Source: Phoronis australis (lineage: Eukaryota; Animalia; Phoronida). From it: a stretch of 64,000 nt of DNA. The translations under genes and the position numbers were made by a program. The first letter of the stretch is position 1. Each line of letters begins with the position of its first letter. This document shows positions 12,384 to 23,090 of the stretch, piece after piece. Location of the stretch: positions 60,229 to 124,228 of the forward strand of contig NMRA01000158.1 in assembly GCA_002633005.1 (NCBI GenBank). The letters run 5' to 3'. The notes beneath the pieces were generated by a model, which saw only the letters and a program-made list of their open reading frames with translations, was not told the origin of the DNA and did no database searches.

Positions 12384-15300
12384 TCTACAGCTTTGCGCCG
12401 ATGTCGTTGAAAGTGACCAAGTGAAATCTGACACAAACGTAGCGTCATTAAAAGCTACTCCGCTTTTCTTTTAGTAAACTAGATTATTTACCGTTGTTGG
12501 ACAATTGGCGTTCTACAGTCGAACTAGTCATCTACTGCTAAAATTGTACTGCGCTCTTCTAGGTCGGCTTTCAGCGACTTCGTCACCTGATCTTGACCAG
12601 TTTTTTCCCGATTATTACTTGTTCTTCTATCAATTGTTTTTCGCTGCCCCGAGGTTGCGCACAACAAAGTCCCGAAACTGGTTTCATTTCATTACAATTT
12701 TTTAGTTTATTAAGACCAGCAAACCGAATTTTTAGGCACACTTTGGTGATGCGACATTTCTCGGGAGATGTCGCAAAATTCTAGGAAATGGGCCGCACGT
12801 GTCACGAGCCGTTGTTTTCAAAACGAAAACAGACTTTTCTTTGTTACAAAACTCAAAAGGTGGAGTATTATGCTAGAAAACGACATTGATTAGATTGTTT
12901 TTTTTTTTCATTTAAACAGCTGCAATGGGCAAGATGACTGTCGGAATTGACTCCAGGATTTTGCATTTAACCCCTCCGCCCTTGAAGGAGGTCATTGATG
13001 ACATTCAAGTGGCCACCTTTTTGGTGTTTTTATTGACAAATTCTTAAGAGGCCGCTCACGGAGAGAGGGCTCAGTTTTGGAATCGATTACCTCTATTTTC
13101 CTGTTTTTGTGAAGTCCTGCAATCGGTTTTCGTGTTGAAGGAGGTCATCTCCTGAATCGTTTTGGGACCACACGACGGTGGAATGAACTGTCACTCCTTT
13201 TTCCAAGCTCAATGATGTTTAGCCTTTCATCTTATAGTGTCCCATTTCAGACGGAACCCTCTCTTGGTGGAGCAGTTCGGAGGAAATGTCCCTTTGTCCC
13301 TCCATACATATAAATCCAAGCATTCATGAGGGAAGTTGAGATTCAAATTCATCAAAAAATACAACATTCGTGGTTAGCTATATAATAATGTTACTGTTTA
13401 CTGTAGTATCACAAAAATAGTTCTGTATCTCTTTTGAAGATGCTTACTATGAGTTAGTTGTTAGTACGGAATTCCCACTTGTGGAAAACACTGCTGTCTA
13501 GGCTACTATTTGTGATGACCGTGTACATGTCGACAGTGGGTATTCAAAGAACTTTCGCAATCATAAACAAAGATTTCAGAGTTATTTTTTGTCAGTTGAG
13601 TTTAAGTTTATCTCGTGAACTGCTATAGGTACCTCTGAAATGAGCAAAAATACGCCATAATACAAATACCCCCATCTCCCATATTCCCCTGGTTACCCGT
13701 CAAAAGACTGCGAGCATACAAATTGCTTATAACATTCCGTTTTGATAAACAAATTCGTTGGTTTCACATTTATTTGTTTATGTATCTACAAAAATCGATA
13801 GATTCGAAAATCATTTTTGATAATTAGAAGCTAATCTTGTAAGAATTGATGATGTTTCGGTGAATTTAATTGCAACCTGCAATGTCAGATCTACACTATC
13901 AGTAGGGGGTTAAGGATTCGCGCGAATCCGAGGCGCGTAGCGCCGAGCGGAAGGAGGATTTTTTTGTTTTTAGTAGCTGACTTATTTTTTATTTTGATCC
14001 TGTCTGGAGGGGGGTTTGAACCCCCTGACCCCTCCCCCCGTAGATCTGCCTCTGGACTGAAGTTGCAAAAACTCTATAATCCGATCGCCGAATAGTAAAG
14101 TATGCTTAGACGATTTTTCAATATGCAGAACTGACGAATTTTGCATATCTAAAATAACTCTCAAGGACATTGATGAAATTCGGACTCACAAACCGTAAAT
14201 AGAAAAAATGTTTTAAGTCCTTAAATAAATTAAATTAAACTCATATGATTGCTTGGAAAGGTTGTCTTAGCACTTTGTTTATGTTTTTAGTTTCCAATAG
14301 TATTGAGCAATGAATTTTTGTTCTTCAAAACTGAATTGATTGCTTGCTCTGATTCGTGTGCACGTCGTGACTGACATACATTAAAAATAAGTTGTGACCA
14401 CGCAGTAGGCCCGCGCAGCATCTCAGTGATCCACGGGAACTGAATTTGAACTCCAGGCGTTCAAGAAGTTGTACATTTTGGGACACACTATCCTTTACTC
14501 TAGCCCACCAGAAACTGGACTACCGGTCGTGTTTCTACTAGACATTTTGAAACAGCCCCAAAGACACTATACCAGGGACTTCGGGACCTAACCTATTCAC
14601 AAAAACTCCTCCAAAGAATGACAACAATAAAATAAAGTTTTCCCGAAACTGGGTCACAACAAGACAAATCTTGACCTTAGAGAGAGCGCAGGCCACCGGT
14701 ACAGGCTGCCTGTCTCAAGTGAATAACAGCTGAACTGACCAGCAACTAGCTTTAGTTCATCGGGAATTTTGTATTTTCACACCGTTAAATCTCGGCTATA
14801 CATGTAGCAACTTGAGCCATCTCCTCGCTACACGTCAGTGCACTGGTCCTATCTCCATCCTTACTCTCTGTGTTGGTTCACGGTTACTCAGCTCTTAATG
14901 GCTGTATTCCCGGTATTGCCCCAGGGGCGGATCCTGGATTTTGAGTTGGGGGGCAGGGCAGAGTATTAGCCAGGGTTTTACCCTCGAACTGAGAGAATTT
15001 TAGATGAGCCATGTCCCATTGGTCACCAATAAATCCGCTACTGTGCCTTTCCCCCACCTAGGGCGGACGTGGGAGATTCGGTACAAATATGGTGGCATCG
15101 GGAGCACGGAGGCGTGGTGGCGATGCGGGGGGTTGTTTGGCGAAGTCGAAATGGTTTGTGACCCCCCCAAAAGTGTTTGCCTTCCTACGGGCCTTTTAAT
15201 AAATAATAACATTGAAATCATACAGAAATTACAAGGATTGTCCTATTTAACGCTATTACCAAAATAAAATATCGCAATTTTTTACCTAGATTGATTGTAT

Positions 15301-15447
15301 AGAGTCTATTTGCTGCGGCCAGGTGGAGAAGCGTTTAATGTATTTTGGTCCAGCCGCATATGATTTAGCAGTACAATGCAGCACAGCGTTGTTCGGTTTG
15401 GCCACTAGGCAATGAGAATTTTTCTCACCCCTCAAAAACTGTTCTAG
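12384..15447 (+). repeat. Copy 2 of the direct duplication (partner 1-2916), ending at an N gap
   Basis: Same match as copy 1. It carries an extra ~110 bp (about 13807-13920) bounded by GATTCG microhomology and stops at N15448. Confidence 0.95.
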
Positions 15448-16914
15448 NAACGAGAAACCGGCGGGCGACTGAACTTTGGGCTGGGCGAGTAGATTTTCTG
15501 GCTCACTCGCACGCTCATCTGGGTATTTCCCTACCAAATCAAACGGCCTATAGTCGCCGATTCCAATACGGGAGACGCACTCGACAACGGTCGTTATCGG
15601 AATCGCGCAGCGTTCATACCTTCGGGGTTCAAAAACACATGAATGCAAAGTTCCTAACATCAAAATTTTTGTATCAAGCAAATTACAATTTATAATTAAC
15701 ATTGTGAAATTTCCTGATGACAATTTGGACAAAGCGTTTTGTTTTTTCGACTGTTCAGGCGACTGGACCCAAGTCATCCGCCCGTATTAGAATGGGCGCT
15801 TATTAATTGAACGAAAAGTTTTAAAGATAATGAATTTGATCAATTTGATTATCAATTGACATAAAATGAGCAATTAATGTGTTTCCTTGATTTTCCACGT
15901 ATTTTGCACGAAATTAAACGGCCAGTTATCGCTAATTCTAATGCGATTGGGACACGGTAAAAACCAAATTCGTTGTGTCGATGATGTCATAGTCTTCGAT
16001 TGATGCGAGCGCCATATCAATTTTTTTGGTGCTAAATGGAGTTCGTGATGGGGCTGCTGTATTGTAAAAGGCCTACTCAATTAAGGCCTGGGGTAAGTCA
16101 CTTTTCATCAATACATGTACTTTAGATACAAAAATAGTCATTTGGCGCCATACTAGGCCTTTAGGAGGCTATGTATATTCATTGAATAAAACTATCCGTG
16201 AATGTGCAAGTGCACCACCTTGGTCTCACATTGTTTTGAGGTTATGGTCTACAGTAGAGGCTTGTTTACCTTTATCTTATTGACCTATCATGTCTCACAC
16301 CTACACGACCTTTTACTTGTTACCTTGACCTTCACATCATGCTGGTCCCTGTACCTTTGAAAATGAGGAGCGCATCTCGAAATAATTATGTCAGGAAAAT
16401 GAAGTTGTGTTAATTGTGCTTCTTCTGAACAGGTTATTTTGGAAATGGGTGATATGTAAAGCAAAGACTCTTACCACGTGTAATCTGAACTCCGACCACA
16501 CTATTGCTCTCTTAAGCCAACAGTAGGTAATTGTTTGTTTATAAACTAGTCTGAAGTGGTCATATTTGAGTTTGTGCAATATGTTATGTAATGATTTAAT
16601 TATTATTAGGTGACTGAGTTAGCCCATTGAGGCTGGGGTGATATTGTATTTACTGGCACCCTTATGTCACTATAATAAATAAATATAATATAATAATAAT
16701 TTTAATACAAGTGCTCGACCCACAGTTTTAAACTGCGTGTTGTGGTAAGAGAGCTTGTGTGTGGTTGGGCTCAATACTCCCCGGTAAGGGTATTGGTAAG
16801 TGTTTTTGAGGTTTGTTCATGTCAGCCCAGGGTAAGAGTTAGTTTTCACCCTTGACAAAACTGGTTATACATTGGGCGTAACAAATAAATAAGAAAGTAA
16901 AGAAATATTCGTAC

Positions 16915-17049
16915 CTTATCATACCCATGTTCAATCAGAATATCTCCATATTTGTCACCAATACCGGGCAAGACCTTCACACAATTGCCATGATTTCCCT
17001 CGACACAAAATTTAATGTGCTTCCTAGAGTTCCGTATTTGCATATCCAT
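16915..17049 (-). CDS. BAF (barrier-to-autointegration factor)-like first coding exon, paralog A (45 aa); second coding exon not found
   Basis: MDMQIRNSRKHIKFCVEGNHGNCVKVLPGIGDKYGDILIEHGYDK aligns without gaps to BAF [38 protein letters not shown]. AG acceptor 7 nt before the ATG and a phase-0 GT donor after GYDK, the same intron position as human BANF1. Confidence 0.8.
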
Positions 17050-17294
17050 GTTTTCTCTATGAAACTGTACAAATGAAAAAAATTATTATGCAATCATCAG
17101 AAGAAAAAACAGTAATATGCGAGAGGAATTGGTGTTTGTAGGCATGGGGAGCGCTTAAGCAAAACGTCTCAAACCATTCACCCTATTTCTGCAGCTTCGC
17201 TAGAGTGGAAAAAGCTGCAAGGGCAAGTGAGGATTTGCATTACTCCCCATATAATGCCATCATGGAATGTACTCATGCTCATATTTGCATTTGC

Positions 17295-17740
17295 CTCGGG
17301 CACTTGACTAGCTCATACGTGATTGACACGTTTCCGAAGAAATTAGTTACCCTGTCCAATTTCGTCAAAAACCTGCTGTTGCAGGGGCATGCAAGGATTG
17401 CAAAGGTAGAGACGATTCTCACAAGTCGACTTCTTTCGAAAAAATTAGACAATAGCCCTGTCGAATATTTTCAAAACACCTGTTCCAATGGCACGCAAAG
17501 ATTACAACGGTAAAGAGGAATTGAAAAACTCGAATTCTTTCCAAGAATTCAAGACAGTGAGACACTTTCCAGTTTCTTTAAAACGCCATGTTGCGGATAT
17601 GCTAAAATTGCACTATATAATATTGTACGGTTTGCTCTGCTAATAAATCTACGACGTGGCAATAGCCACCATTGAAGAGGCGTATAACCAAATGACGTTG
17701 TCTATGTTTGAACAAAGATTTCGACAATTACTGTCCGGCA
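17295..17740 (-). promoter_or_regulatory. Paralogous upstream block of BAF-like gene A with degenerate ~107-bp tandem units
   Basis: Homologous to 18325-18800 and 51825-52150. E-box-like CAC(G/T)TGACTA followed by TGACACG, then about three units of CCAATTTC..AAAAC..TGTTGCA..GATTGCAA. Confidence 0.5.
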
Positions 17741-18324
17741 CTACGCTACGAGTCAAAAGAACATTATCAGCAAATCTGCATTTTGCAGAAACGTACATGA
17801 AGAATTTGAAAATTTCATTTGATTTCGACCAGGCATTTGTGACGTTTCTCTCAAAATCGAATTCGAAAATATATCTGTCACTTACCGTTCTCTTTTATTA
17901 CGTACTTTGGATAATTGTATATTACTCTTTGCGTACTTGGTAATCCTTAATTTCGAGCTACAAACGCGAGTAAAATCTCGAGACGCTGATCTTTTTTCAC
18001 ACTAAAGTAAAACGGAAAGTGTCAAAACTGAATAATTTCAAGTTCAAGTACAAGAGATTAGATCCCAACTCCTAAGTGATGCTCTGAATTTATCAAACAG
18101 TTATAGATATTTCCAGGATTACTCTGTCTCATGAGGTGGAAGACCCACTTTTTCCAAAGTCCACCACTGCCAATTAACTTATGAACTCAGATCTCTATGT
18201 TTATTTTGAAAAAAGGATGTCATGTTTGAAGGAGCATAACTTGATTGCCAATAAAACTCAATTTATAGAGTAAAGATGCATTAACCCCTTGGAACGCCGT
18301 CGTGTACTGTACTCGTGGTAACAG

Positions 18325-18800
18325 TGACATGACCCGGTCACGTGACTAGTTGAACAATGACACGTTTTCTTAGAAATGAGACACAAATCCTCTCCAATCT
18401 CTTCAAAAACACACTGTTCCAGTGGCTTTTGCATGATTGCAACGGTGGACAGGATTATGAAAACTGGATTCCGTTAGAGGAAATTTTATTGTGGTATTGT
18501 CGTTTTTCTTCAAAACGCCTTGTTGCAGTGACCCTGTCTTTCCAACGGGAACTTCTTTTTCCAAGGAACTAGGTAGAAGCGCTATCCAATTTCTTCGAAA
18601 CTCATGCTGCATTGGCATACAAATATTGCAACGTTAAAAAGGCCTTCCAAAACTCCACTTCTGTGTCTAATGAATACGTTAAAGTGAACTTTAGATAAAA
18701 TAAATTTTAACAACCTACTCTGCTAATAAATCCACAACGTGACTTTTCCCACAATTGGCGTTGTCGGAATTATTTCCCTACAAAGATTTGGAAAATGACT
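18325..18800 (-). repeat. Third copy of the BAF-upstream block, with no adjacent BAF exon
   Basis: ATGACCCGGTCACGTGACTAG..TGACACG, the ~107-bp units and CTCTGCTAATAAATC..ACGTG all match 17295-17740. Confidence 0.7.
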
Positions 18801-19315
18801 GCAGTCCGGCGCTAAGCAAAACATTAAACGTAGTCGCCTGAGATACAGTACAACACTTACATGTACGTAACTGGACGTTTGTTGTTACTGTAGAGTCTGA
18901 CACACGTCTTGTTGCTTCAGAGCTGGGTCTTACACTGAAGTATGGACTGAAGCGTTGTTTCCTTGTTGCCCATGCGAGTTTGAAGAATAGCGGCTGTCAC
19001 CTGATTCATTGATTTACTGTCTCTATTGTGCCTTTATGTACTTTCATTTCAAAAGCTTTAGGTCATAATATTTATTCTGTGTGTATATTTTTGGGTCACA
19101 ATAGGTGTACCTCTACTTGCCTGTAAAGGCAAAATGAAGGCATTATAGCTAGTCTTTTTCAGTTTGAAATGATTTCACTTCAATCCGGTCTTAGGAGGCT
19201 CGCACATCCAGAGTTCATCCAGAGTAAGTGATGTCAGATTGTTGATGAAAGTTTAAATAATTGAAACATATAATATATAGCGAACGGATATGCAACTGTA
19301 TAGGTGCCACAACGT

Positions 19316-19433
19316 CCCCACAAACCCACATCACCCCACAAACTTCACAACTCCCCACAATCCCCCACAATACCTTCACAAATTCATAACATTCGACATA
19401 TGCCACAACAACTCCCACATTCTCACATCCTAG
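19316..19433 (+). repeat. Low-complexity (CCCCACAA)-like minisatellite
   Basis: Repeated CCCCACA/TCACAA units. Confidence 0.7.
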
Positions 19434-20589
19434 AAGCTACAACACCACGGACTTGACTGGCGCCAGTTCCAGAAGATGGGAAAAGTCTCTCCACCCTAGT
19501 CTTGCCTTGTAGCTGGTCTTGTCGTCGTGTACGTTGCAAGTGGGCCGGGAGCGACTTTCTGGGGTCGAGCTTGGTGGTTAACTGTTAACACTAATTTAAC
19601 ATTCAACTATGAGTGAGTTGGCATGCAACTTTTTCAGACGGACTTATCAGGAACTGATCCACCACCAGCCTAACAAATTTACATGCCGTCTGATCTGTAG
19701 CCTAAAAATGTTGATCGTTTAATAATTAGATTAGTTGATGCAACTGAAAATAAATCAGCTGATATACCAGTGCAGTGATTGAAATTTAATTTTTTAAATC
19801 AGATGCTCAAACCATAGTCAAACGATTTATACTTAAGGTAATCGACGTTTGACGAAATGGACAGTGGCTTCCATCGTCCTCAAATTTCGACGGCGACGAT
19901 GGCCACTTAGGCACTTTAATTTAATTAACATTGCAGCTACCTAAGTAATTAATGTTTACAAAAAATTGAGAAGAGGTTCCCCCTATCCCAGGACTACGGC
20001 AGGCGATGACGGCCACTTGGGCATGTTGTTTGCAACCATCTACTCCATTTAACCTTCTCAAAAATTTTTGACTTAAAGTGCTTTAAAATCACACCCACAG
20101 TATAACGCCATAGGATTATCCCTTAGCGCAAGCAGTGTCGATGTGGCAACTGAACAATGGGGTGTTCGAAAAACAGGGTTGCAGGAGTATTTGTTTAAAC
20201 TGGGAACAAATGAAAACATTAACGACCTCCTCAGAGGCATCTCTCTTCTAAACTTATAGGAACATAATTTGCCGAAAAGCATCCGGCATATGGAGTACCT
20301 ATGGTATGATCACAATTTCTACTGAGTCAGCGGTATTGTCTAAGGCCTAGGCAGCCAAGGGGCTGAACAATTTAAAAAACAACTGGTGATAATACTGAAA
20401 CACACTTGGAAAACACCAAGATGTACCTTTCAAAAACACGTACCTGTTTTTGAAAGCTATACTTCTTTCTCTTTCTTGAAATATGGTCCATAATATACTT
20501 TTCCTGCTAACAAATGATGCACTCATGTTTCAGAATTTTCCTATCTTGTTCAGGTTTATTGGGTATTTCAGATTTTGGAAGTATAACTG

Positions 20590-21010
20590 ATTTTCTTGGG
20601 AAATCTTGGATAACATCTCTATCACTTTCAGCAACTTCAGCTTTAGTACTACTGTTGGTGCCTTGAAACGCTGCTATGCCGTTCTATGTCCTCTCAATTT
20701 GTTGGTCTGACACTTGGTCTTCTAGTCTACAGCACTCAGCAATACACGGTGTAGGCTAAGCCAGGACATGCAGCTGTTTTCTGCACAAACTGTGACACCT
20801 CTTCTTCTTTTTGATCTACTGATCTACAGAGTTCCACAGTCCATCAGCTTTCGTCAGGAAGCGTTACTAAGCTTCTTTAGGCTCTGACATCACAATTTTG
20901 TGCAGTTTGATAAACCTTGAATTAGACAGTTATCACACTCTATGGGAGCAGCCATATTGAAGTAACTAAGCACAACAATACAATCTGGCTCTCTGATTGG
21001 TCAATTCAAT
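20590..21010 (-). repeat. Dispersed repeat with an inverted partner at ~28580-28995; decayed coding start, possibly a transposase N-terminus
   Basis: AATCAGAGAGC..TTGTATTGTTGTGCTT..ACTTCAATATGGC(T/A)GCTCCCAT is present in both copies. It translates to MAAP.EC..C.IQGLSN with stops and frameshifts. Confidence 0.7.
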
Positions 21011-21029
21011 AGAAAAGCGACACCAAGTG

Positions 21030-23090
21030 GCAGGAATGAGTGTCCAGGTTTTAACGCCATCAGCTGGACCGTTTATAGGATGGTCATGAAATTCTGCACT
21101 TGTAATCATGTCAGAGAGAGATTAGCTACATGATTTCTCAATTTATCCGATTTCGGCTGCGTTCCACAGCAGTGTTGATAATCTTTCAAGTTCCACTACA
21201 AGTTTGATCGGCCGTAACTCTGACACTCTTTAATGGATTTTGGCGAATTTTGTAGAATACATGTACATGACGGATTGGATGGCAGGAGCCAGTTTTGGAC
21301 GTATTTTCTACCGCTCTGTCCCTGAGTGTTAATTTGCGTGTTACCCTTTGTTCCCAGTTCCTTGAGGGATGCTCTTTAAATTTGTCAAATATAATCCGTT
21401 ATAGAGACGACGACACCAGCATTTACAGGCGGAGTCTGCACCCCTGTGGCCATTACATTTTTCCTTCTGATTTTTTCAGGGTCTCTTTCCGAGTTGGTTC
21501 AAGGATGATTAATGAGACTGGATGGAAGTATTCATTTGGAGACCATCTCGTCTGATGGAGACCTTCGGACTTTTTCAACTGCTAATACGTCCCCAGTGGC
21601 AATTTTTCTTGTGCCTCAAATTCTTTCAAGTTCTTAGATTGGTCTATTGGTATTTTAGTGTATTTGTTTTAGTTGAGGTGAATACGCCTTACCTTCATTT
21701 TGTGACGTGTCTGTTTGCTTTCGTACTTGAAGGATCTTTTTGAAATAAAGCTACCTCTGCAATTTGTAAATTAAAGCGAAGATGTCGTGATCTAGCTCTG
21801 TCAATAGCCTTTCACCTGTTCGATAAAATGGTTTACCCCTCCTGTAAGATACTTCACGTTTGTTTGCTCCGGGTGGCTTATGGTCACGTGTATATTCAAG
21901 GCTGAATGGACTGAATGTAATTTGCATGTGACCTTACCCTCATTTGAGTATGAAGTGTTGTGCTCTGACTCGATTTACTCCCAGTGTGGAAGTGCATATT
22001 TGGCGTCAGTGAGGAGATCCAGGGAGCGGCAGTATTGAGAACCAATGTGAGTGTTGGCAAGTCAAGAGGAGTTAATACCGATTAAGAGTGCTTTATTGAG
22101 AGACGTGAAACATTTCTCATTGACATTCTCACAGTTCTTCTCTGTTTCAGTTCTAAAAATAAAAAACAAAACCTCACAGATACAGACAAAATGCAAATTC
22201 GGCAATACCAAATACGAGAATAGCATGAAAAATACCTCATCCTGTGATGTCAAAACTAGACAAATGTCTTCTGCCTTGTTGTTTGAGTAATTTGGCTGTT
22301 TGGGAGACAGAATTTCGGAGGCACATGATGTAGGTTTGCCTTTCTAAGAAAAATGTGAATGTAGAGCCTTTTGTGATGCATCAGCTTCTTAGATTAACAG
22401 GCAAGTTCCGTCATAGACATCAGTCTAGTAAACAGAACTCCAGAGGTATTATATTGATCTAAATGCCTGGATAATTGTATTTTCTACATTGTATGATAGT
22501 GTCGTGTATGTGCAACATGAAGAGCGGTATGATTCAGGCATTTTTTGTTCAGAGATAAAATTCAAAAATGATCAAACATTGAATGAATTGTGCTTAATTG
22601 TGCTTGAATAATCATGTATCTAACGGCAGGTTTTGGTTGTAGTCTAGTTTAAAAAACGCCCAAATGACGCAATACACAAAGCTTTTCACTTGCACAATTA
22701 GAAACATTTCCCGTAGTTGGTTCAACTCATATCGCTTTCAAAAATCACTTTGGTCTGTTGCTGAGCGTTCCAGGAAATCTTTTGTTCAGCATCAAGTGAT
22801 ACTGTAATGGTCGTGATTCACTCAAATTCTGAAATGTCATAAGAACCTGCAGCGGTTATTATGCATATCCTTGACAAAGATCAGAGTGATGTGAAAAAGG
22901 TCGTGTTTTTAAGCTCATTTTGAAGGTATGAAGCTACTTGGGTCACTCCAACACGTATGCACTTAAATTTCTTAGCAGTACCTAATTGAGTCATATTTTT
23001 ACACGCCCTGATCCTAATTGCTACATTCGTCGGGGAAGCAACATAAAACGTGTAGATCATTAAAAAGCACTAAAACAAAAAGTTAACCAA
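21030..23090 (+). repeat. ~2-kb diverged direct repeat (partner ~61400-62990)
   Basis: Long identical blocks, e.g. AGAGACGACGACACCAGCATTTACAGGCGGAG, GGCAATTTTTCTTGTGCCTCAAATTCTTTCAAGTTCTT and AACAGGCAAGTTCCGTCATAGACAT, in both locations. Confidence 0.9.

Noticed and set aside
15286-15777. 163-aa ORF
   Set aside because: It spans the N15448 assembly join and fuses unrelated repeat sequences.
18357-18572. ORF ..LFQWLLHDCNGG..LLWYCRF resembling the missing BAF C-terminal exon
   Set aside because: It is on the wrong strand and side relative to the BAF exon, lies in the triplicated upstream block, and the frame is not conserved in the other copies.
18945-18970. CTGAAGTATGGACTGAAGCG as a hammerhead core
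   Set aside because: Lacks proper CUGANGA/GAAA boxes and stems.
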